Part shown: positions 38,977 to 48,265 of the stretch, piece by piece | Layout of the letters: each line of letters begins with the position of its first letter | Numbering within the stretch: the first letter of the stretch is position 1 | From: an uncultured Candidatus Saccharibacteria bacterium | GTDB taxonomy: Bacteria > Patescibacteriota > WWE3 > CAZQFB01 | Reading direction: 5' to 3' | Assembly: GCA_964592525.1 (NCBI GenBank) | Contig: CAZQFB010000001.1 | Location: 279,299 to 343,298, forward strand | Length of the DNA: 64,000 nt | The notes under the pieces: generated by a model | The model's input: only the letters and a program-made list of their open reading frames with translations | Database searches by the model: none | Told to the model about the DNA's origin: nothing | Position numbers and translations under genes: made by a program

Positions 38977-40258
38977 AATCATAGCTTTGCCTCAATATTT
39001 GCATCAGTCCGTGACTTTAGCTGGGTGGGTAGTTAACCTTCGTTCTTCGGGTGGGGTGGTTTTTATTTTGATGCGAGATGGTAGTGGCGTGGTGCAAGCA
39101 GTTGTATCTAAGGATACTGTTTCCGAGCAAATCTTTGCGCTCTCCCAGCAATTAACCCAAGAATCTTCTCTTAAGATAAAAGGAATACCGCAGAAAGATG
39201 AACGTTCACCTGGAGGTATTGAGTTAGCCGTGACGAGTATTGAGCCAGTTCAGTTAGTAGCAGAAGAATATCCGATTGGTAATAAAGAGCATGGCACTGA
39301 TTTTTTGCTCCAACATCGACATCTATGGTTAAGAGCTAGAAAACAATGGGCAATTCAGCGAGTTCGTCATCAGTTAATTATGGCGATTTATCAATTTTTA
39401 AATGATCGTGGTTTTACTAAAATAGATGCTCCGATTTTTACCCCCACTGCTTGTGAGGGTACGACGACGCTGTTTGCTGTTGATTATGTTAACGATAAAA
39501 AGGTGTTTTTATCGCAATCAGGACAACTGTATCTAGAAGCGGCCATAGCCAGTTTTGGACAGGTGTTTGATTTTGGACCAACCTTCAGAGCCGAGAAATC
39601 AAAGACCCGTAGACACTTAACCGAGTTTTGGATGCTTGATGTGGAGATGGCTTTTGCCAATCAAGCGGATAATATGGCTTTTCAGGAAGAATTAGTTAAG
39701 TTTTTAGTTAATGCTGTGCTTAACAAGTCGGCTAATGAGTTAGTGCTCCTGGGTCGGGATTTAACTCATTTAAAACAGACTGTTGTTGAGCCGTTTGCCA
39801 AAATCACTTATGCCGAAGCAGTGTCTCGTTTGCATGATTTGGGTTCTAAGATTGAATTTGGCAGTGATTTGGGTAACGAGGACGAAACACTTTTAGCCCA
39901 TCAGTTTTCCACGCCCGTTTTTGTTGAACTTTTCCCTTCAGACCTTAAAGCTTTTTATATGAAGCGTAATCAGGATCAATTAGTGTTAGGTAGTGATTTA
40001 TTAGCCCCTGAAGGTTATGGTGAAATTATTGGTGGTAGCGAAAGAGAAGATAATTATCAGACCTTGCTGGCTCAAATTAGAACTGCTAACTTGAGTGAAG
40101 CTGATTTGTCTTGGTATCTTGATCTTAGGAAATATGGAACAGTGCCTCATAGTGGTTTTGGTTTGGGTCTAGAACGACTTGTCGCTTGGGTTTGTGGCTT
40201 AGAACATGTCCGGGAAGCTATTCCTTTTCCCAGAACAATCTACCGTACCTTCCCATGA
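38960..40258 (+). CDS. asnS: Asparaginyl-tRNA synthetase
   Basis: RHLWLR, CEGTTTLF, SQSGQLYLE, FRAEKSKTRRHL, EIIGGSERE and PHSGFGLGLER motifs. Confidence 0.94.
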   Translation: MTEITKIIALPQYLHQSVTLAGWVVNLRSSGGVVFILMRDGSGVVQAVVSKDTVSEQIFALSQQLTQESSLKIKGIPQKDERSPGGIELAVTSIEPVQLVAEEYPIGNKEHGTDFLLQHRHLWLRARKQWAIQRVRHQLIMAIYQFLNDRGFTKIDAPIFTPTACEGTTTLFAVDYVNDKKVFLSQSGQLYLEAAIASFGQVFDFGPTFRAEKSKTRRHLTEFWMLDVEMAFANQADNMAFQEELVKFLVNAVLNKSANELVLLGRDLTHLKQTVVEPFAKITYAEAVSRLHDLGSKIEFGSDLGNEDETLLAHQFSTPVFVELFPSDLKAFYMKRNQDQLVLGSDLLAPEGYGEIIGGSEREDNYQTLLAQIRTANLSEADLSWYLDLRKYGTVPHSGFGLGLERLVAWVCGLEHVREAIPFPRTIYRTFP

Positions 40259-40989
40259 GCACTAACTTAACCTATGATGATATTTGGCAGGTAACGCCGG
40301 TGATAGACCCGCAAATCTGGCCCCAATATTGGTGGCTTAAAGCCTTTAATCTCGGAGCCACTGCTTTAGAAATTGGACCGGGAACTAGACCTAAACTGCC
40401 TTTAGCTGATACAACCTTTGTGGATACTAGCAGAATTGCCGTTGAAAAACTCAAAGAGCAACAAGCTAATGCTATGCTTAGCGATGTAGCGGCGATGCCC
40501 TTTCCTGCTTCTAGTTTTGGTTTAGTCTGTGCCTTTAATTTGCTTGGTACTGTTGCCGATGACACACTGGCTTTAAGGGAAATTATGCGGGTGGTTAAAC
40601 AAGATGGTTTTGTAGTCTTATCGCTACCGCTCCATATGCATAAATGGACGTATAGTGACCAGTTATTGGGGACAGTCCGGCGGTACAACCCAGCGGTTAT
40701 TTATGAACTTCTGCAGCAAATCGGGTTTCAAATATTTACCTACAAGAGTGTGTTCGGATTATTGACTAGGTTGGAGAACTATCTGGCTACTGCTTTGACC
40801 TATTTATACCAAGATGACCCACTTAAGGTGTACACACTCATTCAGGATATAATTGTACCGGGTTACCGCTTCAAATTAGCCCTCTCACCGCGTGATCGGG
40901 TTACTTGGCAAAGAGGGGACTTTATTAAAGATACTCGTAACGCGGCAGAAGTAATTGTTGTATGTAAACCGAGGTTTTCTCATGTCTAA
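40255..40989 (+). CDS. Class I SAM-dependent methyltransferase
   Basis: LEIGPG, MPFPASSF and EIMRVVK motifs; ATGA overlap with asnS. Confidence 0.75.
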   Translation: MSTNLTYDDIWQVTPVIDPQIWPQYWWLKAFNLGATALEIGPGTRPKLPLADTTFVDTSRIAVEKLKEQQANAMLSDVAAMPFPASSFGLVCAFNLLGTVADDTLALREIMRVVKQDGFVVLSLPLHMHKWTYSDQLLGTVRRYNPAVIYELLQQIGFQIFTYKSVFGLLTRLENYLATALTYLYQDDPLKVYTLIQDIIVPGYRFKLALSPRDRVTWQRGDFIKDTRNAAEVIVVCKPRFSHV

Positions 40990-42319
40990 CTATCGCGCTG
41001 TGGTGGGAATCGAAATTCATGTACAACCAAAGACGAAGACTAAAATGTTTTGTGCTTGCCCAGTACCTGATGTTAAAGCACCTCCAAATACTAGCGTGTG
41101 TCCTGTTTGTTTAGGGTTACCTGGTTCTCTGCCGGTGCCTAACGAAGCAGTGTTGGATCAGGCTTTAATTTTAGGTTTGGCTCTTAATTGTGACATTAGA
41201 CCCCAGATAATATTTGCTCGGAAGCATTATTTTTATCCAGATTTACCTAAGGGTTATCAAATAAGTCAGTTTGAAAATCCAGTGGCTGTCAAAGGGTATT
41301 ACGCTGTGGCTGGGTTTCGCATCGGGGTGACAAGAATCCATCTTGAGGAAGACACGGCTAAATTAGTGCATGAGGATAAGGTTAGTTTAATTGATTATAA
41401 CCGTAGCGGTATGCCACTTATTGAGCTTGTGACTGAACCTGATTTTGAGAGTGGGGAACAAGCGCGCCTATGGTTGAAAAGTATTCATCGGCTGATCACT
41501 AATCTTGGTATTTCTGAAGCTAACATGGAGAGTGGTACCATGAGGATTGAACCGAACATCTCGGTGGGTACCAAGGAGCAGTTAAGCAAGGGAAGGCTAC
41601 CCGACTATAAGGTTGAAGTAAAAAACATTAATTCTTTTAGGTATGTAAAGCAGGCTATTGATTACGAGATTGCTCGACAAATGAGGGCGCTTCAGGATCG
41701 GGTGACGATACCCAGTGAAACACGTGGTTGGAATGAAAAATTAAACCAAACTCAAGTGCAAAGAACTAAGGAGACGTCACCTGATTATAGGTACTTTCCA
41801 GAACCAGATATTCCGCCGATAATCATTACTCCCCATCGACTGGAAAAGGCTAAGCAGGCGTTGGTGAGGAACCCTGAAGTTAGAGAACAGGAGTTAATTG
41901 ATCAATGGGAAATTAGTCGCGAGATGGCGAAGATTATTATTGATCATAAGGCGTTAGTTAATGGTCTGACTATAATTGAGTATATTGAGCAAGTAGCCGA
42001 GACCGGTGTGGCTCCGGCACAAGTGGCTAAAATGGTAATTAATAAGCCTACTATTAGGGCGGAAATTGATCCTCTAAACTTCAAACAATATCTAAAGACA
42101 CAAAAGCAAGAACGGCTTCAAGATAGGGTACTCCTAGCAGCAGTAGTGGAGAAAATATTAAAGCAGCATACCTTTGCGGTGAAAACATACCAGGAGGGTA
42201 AGCTAGCGGTGGTGGAATTTATTTTAGGCAAGGTGATGAGAGAAACGAATGGTAAGGCAGACCCAGTTCTGGCGAAAATAATCATTATGGAGCAATTAGC
42301 ACAACAGAATAATGACTAA
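40982..42319 (+). CDS. gatB: Asp/Glu-tRNA amidotransferase subunit B
   Basis: GIEIH, KMFC, YFYPDLPKGYQISQ, EVKNINSF and DYRYFPEPD motifs. Confidence 0.96.
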   Translation: MSNYRAVVGIEIHVQPKTKTKMFCACPVPDVKAPPNTSVCPVCLGLPGSLPVPNEAVLDQALILGLALNCDIRPQIIFARKHYFYPDLPKGYQISQFENPVAVKGYYAVAGFRIGVTRIHLEEDTAKLVHEDKVSLIDYNRSGMPLIELVTEPDFESGEQARLWLKSIHRLITNLGISEANMESGTMRIEPNISVGTKEQLSKGRLPDYKVEVKNINSFRYVKQAIDYEIARQMRALQDRVTIPSETRGWNEKLNQTQVQRTKETSPDYRYFPEPDIPPIIITPHRLEKAKQALVRNPEVREQELIDQWEISREMAKIIIDHKALVNGLTIIEYIEQVAETGVAPAQVAKMVINKPTIRAEIDPLNFKQYLKTQKQERLQDRVLLAAVVEKILKQHTFAVKTYQEGKLAVVEFILGKVMRETNGKADPVLAKIIIMEQLAQQNND

Positions 42320-44123
42320 ACTAGCATTTTCACCAGACAAACCACCCTATGAGCTGGTACAGGACAATAAAAGGGTTAAAGAATTAGCAAGGCAATTTGC
42401 GAAGGCAAAAACCTTGGGGGTGGATGTTGAGGCTACTGGACTTGATCCTTATACCAGCGAATTATTATTACTTCAGATTGGTGTTGATGATCAAGCTTAT
42501 TTATTTGACCCACTGCAGGTTGACTTGAGTTTGTTAAAACCCCCGCTTAGTGCCAGCCAGCCTTTGAAGATAGTACAAAACGCCAGCTTTGATTATAAAT
42601 TTATAAAGCATCATCTAGGTATTACCTTAGGTAATTTATTTGACACGATGTTAGCCGAGAGAATGTTAACTGCTGGATTAAGTCGGAATGTGTCTTTGGC
42701 AGCCATGAGTGAGAAATATTTAGGAGTAAAAATGGACAAGGAAGTGCGCAAAAGTTTTGTGCGTGGTAATCACCAGTTTAATATTAAGCAGTTGGAGTAT
42801 GCTGCCTTAGATGTGTTGGTGCTGCCACATATTTTGTCGGCACAACTTCCTCTCTTGGAAAAAGAAGATTTGATGAAAGTCGCTCACTTAGAATTTCAAA
42901 CGGTACCAGTAGTGGCGGAAATGGAACTTAAGGGTATTCGTTTGGATATCCAAAAATGGCAGGAAATATTTGCGTATGAGCAAAAGGAGCGGGATAGGGC
43001 AGAAGATAAAATTCAGGAGTTATTAGCCCCATTATATAAACGTCACCAAGCAAACTTGTTTGGCGGTACTTCTAAAGTGGTTAATCTTAACTCGCCAAAA
43101 CAAGTACTTGAAGCCTTTCAACTGTTGGGAGTTGATGTTCCTTCAACCGGAGAAGCCGTACTTAAAAAAACCAACCATGCGTTAGCCAAACTGCTATTAG
43201 ACTACCGAACCCACGAGAAATTGATTAGTGCTTTTGGGGACTCTCTGTTGGAAAAAGTAAATCCAGTTACGAAGAGAATCCATCCCAGTTTTAGTCAGAT
43301 TGGGGCAGATACTGGTCGTTTTTCTTGCTCCGATCCTAATCTGCAACAAATACCTGCTACTGCCAGATTTAGGGAATGTTTTATACCAGCTGATGGTTAT
43401 ACTTTTGTGGTAGCTGATTACTCGCAACAAGAGTTAAGGGTTTTAGCTGGTTTAACTAACGACCCCCTGTTCTTAAAGGCTTATCGTGAGGATTTAGATC
43501 TTCATAGTTTGACAGCCTCACAAATGTTTGGGGTGCCTTTTAAGGAGTTTAAGCCAACTGAAAACCCAGAGCATAAAAAATTAAGGCAGTCGGCAAAAAC
43601 GATTAATTTTGGTATTGCTTATGGTATGGGTCCGGGAGCATTAGGGGCTTTATTGGGGGTTAGTGTGGAAGATGCGAGGGGGATGTTGTCAAAATATGTG
43701 CAGACATATAAGGGAGTGAAAAGATGGTTGGATAAGGTAGGAAAAGAAGCCCTTTATAAAGGTTACAGTGAAACTATTATTGGTCGCAAAAGGTGGTATC
43801 ATTTGCCGAGCAAAGATGATGTTGATTACATTCGCGTCGTTGGCAATATTGAACGTCAGGGTAAGAACACCCCTATTCAAGGCAGTAGTGCTGACATGAC
43901 CAAATTTGCCTTGATTTATATGTACAAAAAATTTCAAGACGAGCAGTTAGTAGCTGTGCCGATATTGGCTATTCATGATGAGGTGGTGGTGGAGGTTAGC
44001 CAAGCAGATGCACCCAGAGTCAGGGATATTGTGGAAGCGGAGATGATCAGAGCTGGGGAGGAAATGCTACCCCAAGTGCCTGTTAAAGCAGAAGCTAAGA
44101 TCACCAATGTTTGGGAGCATTAA
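42312..44123 (+). CDS. polA: Family A DNA polymerase (3'-5' exonuclease + polymerase; no 5' nuclease domain)
   Basis: GVDVEATG (Exo I), YAALD, ADYSQQELR (motif A), KTINFGIAYG (B) and IHDEV (C). Confidence 0.88.
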   Translation: MTKLAFSPDKPPYELVQDNKRVKELARQFAKAKTLGVDVEATGLDPYTSELLLLQIGVDDQAYLFDPLQVDLSLLKPPLSASQPLKIVQNASFDYKFIKHHLGITLGNLFDTMLAERMLTAGLSRNVSLAAMSEKYLGVKMDKEVRKSFVRGNHQFNIKQLEYAALDVLVLPHILSAQLPLLEKEDLMKVAHLEFQTVPVVAEMELKGIRLDIQKWQEIFAYEQKERDRAEDKIQELLAPLYKRHQANLFGGTSKVVNLNSPKQVLEAFQLLGVDVPSTGEAVLKKTNHALAKLLLDYRTHEKLISAFGDSLLEKVNPVTKRIHPSFSQIGADTGRFSCSDPNLQQIPATARFRECFIPADGYTFVVADYSQQELRVLAGLTNDPLFLKAYREDLDLHSLTASQMFGVPFKEFKPTENPEHKKLRQSAKTINFGIAYGMGPGALGALLGVSVEDARGMLSKYVQTYKGVKRWLDKVGKEALYKGYSETIIGRKRWYHLPSKDDVDYIRVVGNIERQGKNTPIQGSSADMTKFALIYMYKKFQDEQLVAVPILAIHDEVVVEVSQADAPRVRDIVEAEMIRAGEEMLPQVPVKAEAKITNVWEH

Positions 44124-44248
44124 TGATGATGTCTGTTTGGGGTACTTACTTGGGCTGGTTAAATTAGTTGGTGGTGCGGGTACTGACTTGTGGGCTAGTT
44201 GTGTAAAACTGGAATTTTAACGATATAATGTTTCGGAAGGAAGTCACT

Positions 44249-45214
44249 ATGGTTATTTGCCAAAGATGTAACAAAAGACCAGCCAGAATACAAAGTCAGC
44301 AAATTGGGGCTGATGGACGACCAATTTTTGTTAATTTGTGTGAGGAATGTTTTGCCCAGATCCAGAATCAGCACAACAAGTCTTCTTTACTGGATAAATT
44401 TGGTCGGGATTTAACCAAGATGGCTGCGGACGGGTTATTGGACCCAGTCATCGGGCGAGCGGAGGAGATAGAGAGAGTTATTCATATCTTGTCTCGGCGC
44501 ACAAAAAACAACCCAGTTTTGGTAGGTGATCCGGGAGTTGGTAAAACGGCTATTGTTGAAGGTTTAGCGCAACGAATAGTAGAGGGGCAGATCATAGAAA
44601 CTCTACAAGGAAAAAGGATAATTGCGATTGATATACCTCTCATGTTGGCGGGTGCTGCGCACCGAGGCGAATTTGAACAGCGTTTGAAAAAAACCATTGA
44701 TGAAGTGATCAGATCCAAGGGACAGATAATATTGTTTATTGATGAAGTCCATTTGATTGTTGGTGCTGGTGCGGCTCAAGGGGCGATTGATGCTGCAAAT
44801 ATGTTGAAGCCTTCATTGGCAAGAGGAGAGGTGCAAACGATAGGTGCTACCACTTTAGATGAGTATCGCCAAGTAATTGAGAGAGATGGGGCTTTGGAGA
44901 GACGTTTTCAACCTGTATTTGTAGCTGAACCCACGGTGGCAGAAACTATAGACATTCTGCATGGGCTAAAAAGAAAATATGAAGAACATCACCAAGTGAT
45001 TATTGAACGGGGAGCGATTGAAGCCGCTTCAATTTTGTCCGAGCGGTATATTGTGGACCGTTTTTTACCGGACAAGGCAGTTGACCTTTTAGATGAGGCT
45101 TCTTCGGCTGTGAGATTACGAACCATTAGGGAGCCAGAAACATTGCGACAAATCAACACGGAAATTAAATATCTTGAGAGCGAGCTTAATCGGTTTAACA
45201 AAGAAAATTTATGA
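44249..45214 (+). CDS. ClpE/ClpC-like AAA+ ATPase, N-terminal part (Zn finger + NBD1)
   Basis: CQRC...[25 protein letters not shown] and LPDKAVDL motifs; TATAAT at 44224 favours the 44249 start over 44228. Confidence 0.88.
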   Translation: MVICQRCNKRPARIQSQQIGADGRPIFVNLCEECFAQIQNQHNKSSLLDKFGRDLTKMAADGLLDPVIGRAEEIERVIHILSRRTKNNPVLVGDPGVGKTAIVEGLAQRIVEGQIIETLQGKRIIAIDIPLMLAGAAHRGEFEQRLKKTIDEVIRSKGQIILFIDEVHLIVGAGAAQGAIDAANMLKPSLARGEVQTIGATTLDEYRQVIERDGALERRFQPVFVAEPTVAETIDILHGLKRKYEEHHQVIIERGAIEAASILSERYIVDRFLPDKAVDLLDEASSAVRLRTIREPETLRQINTEIKYLESELNRFNKENL

Positions 45215-46362
45215 CTACCACCAAACAAAAATTAAGTGTACTCCAAATTCAGAAAAGATTGTTGGATCTTTATAGAGTGAAAGGGGAATTATCTGAATTA
45301 TGGCAGCGCACCAAGTTGGAAGAGGTTCCTACGGTTACTAGACAAGACATTGCTACGGTAGTTTCTAAAATGACGGGTATTCCACTCAATGACTTAACCG
45401 AAGAAGAAAAAGAAAAGCTGCTGCATATTGAGGAAAGAATACACCAGCGTATTGTGGGGCAAGATCATGCTGTGGCGGTAGTTAGTGCCGCGATTCGTCG
45501 GTCTAGAGCGGGCTTAAAGGAAAGGAACAGACCGATTGGCTCTTTCTTGTTTTTGGGACCAACGGGGGTGGGTAAAAGTGAATTATCTAAAACCTTAGCT
45601 GAAGTTCTGTATGGTAGTGAAGATATGCTCGTTCGTCTTGATATGAGTGAGTTCATGGAGAAACATACAGTTTCGCGATTAATTGGCGCTCCTCCAGGAT
45701 ATGTTGGTTTTGATGAGGGGGGTCAATTAACCGAGATAATCAGACGACGACCTTTCAGTGTTATTTTATTTGATGAGATAGAGAAAGCTCATCCGGAAGT
45801 TTTTAATATCTTATTACAGATTATGGAAGATGGACGCTTGACTGATGGTCAAGGTAGGATGGTTGATTTCAAAAACGCTATTTTAGTGATGACCTCTAAT
45901 TTGGGTTCGCAGATAATATATCAGGATACGTTAGGATTTAATCCCCAGGGTAGTGTAACCGATATTTGGTCGGATTTTGAGGAACTAAAAGGGAGAGTGA
46001 TGAGTTCCTTGAAAAATGAATTTAGACCGGAGTTTGTTAACCGTATCGATGAAGTCGTCGTGTTCAAGTCACTTACTAGGGAAGATATCTCTAAAATCAC
46101 AGAGCTGGAATTGGGAAGGTTAGTTAGTTATCTTGCTGATGAGCAAATAAAATTAACGTACACGCCTAAGGTAGTTGCTCACTTAGTGGAAAAAGGTTAT
46201 GATCCGCAGTACGGAGCTAGACCGATAAAGCGCTTGCTTCAACAAGTGGTTGAAAATCCTCTAAGTGATGAGATAATTCGAGGATCTTTCAAACCAAAAG
46301 ATAAAGTTTTACTAGGAACAAGACTTGGCAACTTAACTATTAAAAAATCAAAAAGATCATGA
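45211..46362 (+). CDS. ClpE/ClpC-like AAA+ ATPase, C-terminal part (NBD2)
   Basis: [29 protein letters not shown] (ClpP-docking loop) and YGARP motifs. Confidence 0.88.
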   Translation: MTTTKQKLSVLQIQKRLLDLYRVKGELSELWQRTKLEEVPTVTRQDIATVVSKMTGIPLNDLTEEEKEKLLHIEERIHQRIVGQDHAVAVVSAAIRRSRAGLKERNRPIGSFLFLGPTGVGKSELSKTLAEVLYGSEDMLVRLDMSEFMEKHTVSRLIGAPPGYVGFDEGGQLTEIIRRRPFSVILFDEIEKAHPEVFNILLQIMEDGRLTDGQGRMVDFKNAILVMTSNLGSQIIYQDTLGFNPQGSVTDIWSDFEELKGRVMSSLKNEFRPEFVNRIDEVVVFKSLTREDISKITELELGRLVSYLADEQIKLTYTPKVVAHLVEKGYDPQYGARPIKRLLQQVVENPLSDEIIRGSFKPKDKVLLGTRLGNLTIKKSKRS

Positions 46363-46919
46363 CGGATAATAACCAACAGGATAAAGACACACCTTCAGAA
46401 GTAACTACCCCCGAAGCAGCTTTGGTTTCTGACACCGATGACAAAACCGATATTGAGGCAGGGAAACCAACTGACCAACTTGAACCACAGGATACTGCTG
46501 GGGGTGATCTAACCGAAGAAGAAATGTTAGCGGATAACGACGAGCACTTATCTGATGAGGTTGACCAGGATACCTTAAAACAGAAGGTGGAGCAAATATC
46601 AGAGCCAGCGAAAGTGGCAAATCATTTTCATGTTGGAGATACGGTAGTGGTGCATTATCGTATTAAAGAAGGCGATAAAGAAAGAATACAACCTTACGAG
46701 GGTTTGGTTTTAGCGATGAAAGGTGCTGGAGTAGGTCGGACTTTTACGGTGCGGAGAATTACCAGGGGGGGAATTGGCGTGGAGAGGATATTTCCGCTTC
46801 AATCACCTAATATATTGAAAGTTGAAGTATTGAGACGTGGTAAGGTACGCCGGAGTAAACTTTATTATTTAAGAAAAAAGGTTGGTAAAAGTGCGCTTAA
46901 GGTTAAAGAATTGAAGTAG
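46359..46919 (+). CDS. rplS: 50S ribosomal protein L19 with acidic N-terminal extension
   Basis: [28 protein letters not shown] and [11 protein letters not shown] motifs. Confidence 0.93.
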   Translation: MTDNNQQDKDTPSEVTTPEAALVSDTDDKTDIEAGKPTDQLEPQDTAGGDLTEEEMLADNDEHLSDEVDQDTLKQKVEQISEPAKVANHFHVGDTVVVHYRIKEGDKERIQPYEGLVLAMKGAGVGRTFTVRRITRGGIGVERIFPLQSPNILKVEVLRRGKVRRSKLYYLRKKVGKSALKVKELK

Positions 46920-47284
46920 TGACCAACATCACACTCGGTAAAAAAGGTGAGCAGTATGCTCTGAACCACCTAGTCCAAGGTGGTTTTGTGATTTTAGAAA
47001 CTAATTTTCGGGCGGGGAGATGGGGAGAGATTGATATTATTGCTGTGGAGGGGCGGACCTTAGTTTTTGTGGAAGTGAAAACGAGAACATCAACCAAATA
47101 TGGGGAACCGGCAGAGGCGGTGACGGCTAAAAAAATAAGACATTTGCATAAAGCAGCTTATATTTATCAAAATCAACATCCGACAGCGCCAACTTTACTG
47201 CGTTTGGATGTTATCGCCATCGTTTTAGATCAAGCTACTTTAGCGTTATTATCGCTTGCGCATTTTCGTAATGTTTCTGTGTGA
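46919..47284 (+). CDS. yraN: YraN family (UPF0102) nuclease-fold protein
   Basis: GEIDII, FVEVKTR and RLDVIAI motifs. Confidence 0.9.
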   Translation: MTNITLGKKGEQYALNHLVQGGFVILETNFRAGRWGEIDIIAVEGRTLVFVEVKTRTSTKYGEPAEAVTAKKIRHLHKAAYIYQNQHPTAPTLLRLDVIAIVLDQATLALLSLAHFRNVSV

Positions 47285-47285
47285 T

Positions 47286-47392
47286 AAAAAGAGAACGGGT
47301 GGTTGCTTGGCAACCACCCGTGTTGTTTTCCTGAAGGATCAACTTGCGCCACAGAATGTTGATCCTCCAGTGCAAGGAGGAGAAAACGCTTG
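47286..47392 (-). ncRNA. Candidate small RNA with anti-SD (CUCCUCCUU) 5' segment
   Basis: Minus-strand promoter TTGCCA-18-(TGC)TATATT, internal hairpin 47331-47370, terminator with U-tract; no ORF. Confidence 0.45.
47295..47321. terminator. Bidirectional terminator hairpin
   Basis: ACGGGTGGTTGC-TTG-GCAACCACCCGT with T-rich tails on both strands. Confidence 0.8.
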
Positions 47393-47616
47393 CGTAATAT
47401 AGCACAACTACTGCAAATTTGGCAATAGGCTTAAGGTATTTAAATTACTTAACTTGCTTTGGGGGAAAAGAACGCCTTTACTTAAAGGTAAGAGAAATAA
47501 TTAACAACCGCTACTTTTTAAACAGGTGTGGGGTAAGTCAGTCAGCTTTATTTGTAGGGGTTTTCTGAAACAAGTCCCAATTATGATGGTTGCACAAGGT
47601 AGGTTATTTAGCGCTA

Positions 47617-47895
47617 TTAGTCTTCTTCAATTCTGATCGCTTGACCGTGAATTAGGGCGAAGGCAATTTTTTTATAAGACTTGTTGAGTAGTCGGGCAAA
47701 AGTTGGTTGGGAAATTCCCATTAAACGAGCGCCTTCAGTTTGGTCTAACTGATCCACATCATGTAATTTAAGTGCTTCTAGCTCATCCTTTTCTAACACT
47801 ACTTCTTCTAGTAATCTCATCGGTACCCCCCTTGGCTTAAAGTAGCGCGTATGAGGTATAAACTGAAGGCGTCGGATTTTTTTTGGCCTGGTCAT
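47617..47895 (-). CDS. DUF134 (UPF0251) HTH DNA-binding protein
   Basis: RPKKIR, YFKPRGVP, ELEALKL and MGISQPTF motifs. Confidence 0.88.
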   Translation of the reverse strand: MTRPKKIRRLQFIPHTRYFKPRGVPMRLLEEVVLEKDELEALKLHDVDQLDQTEGARLMGISQPTFARLLNKSYKKIAFALIHGQAIRIEED

Positions 47896-47943
47896 AATAT
47901 TTTGTCAAGAAACGGAAGTCAGACAATTATTTCGCGCTTAAGT

Positions 47944-48180
47944 TTATTGCTCTATTTCTTTATTAACATCATTAAGTTCTTCTTCCAAAGCTTTTTTGTA
48001 TTCATTTAGAGCTTCCTTTTCTTCCTCTTTATTTTCGGGCCATCGCCAAGTAAAGTATCTGCCCATACCACGACCGGATCCAAACCTGTTTCTCCAACCA
48101 AGACCGAAGCCACAGGGTCCAAAACCTCTACCCGTTCTGGGGCCTTGGCCTTGAGGACCAGTTCCATCAAATGCTGGCAT
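47944..48180 (-). CDS. DUF5320-like Gly-rich small protein
   Basis: MPAFDGTGPQGQGPRTGRGFGPC plus C-terminal coiled coil. Confidence 0.82.
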   Translation of the reverse strand: MPAFDGTGPQGQGPRTGRGFGPCGFGLGWRNRFGSGRGMGRYFTWRWPENKEEEKEALNEYKKALEEELNDVNKEIEQ

Positions 48181-48200
48181 CTGTAATCACCACCTTTCTA

Positions 48201-48246
48201 TATAATGAATATAAATTCATTATACCCCGTGTCTTTTTGTTGTCAA
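48201..48246 (-). promoter_or_regulatory. sigma70 promoter overlapped by a perfect 10-bp inverted repeat (putative operator)
   Basis: TTGACA-16-TATAAT on the minus strand; TATAATGAAT-ATAA-ATTCATTATA at 48201-48224. Confidence 0.65.
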
Positions 48247-48265
48247 ATATAGTGTGCAAGGAAGA

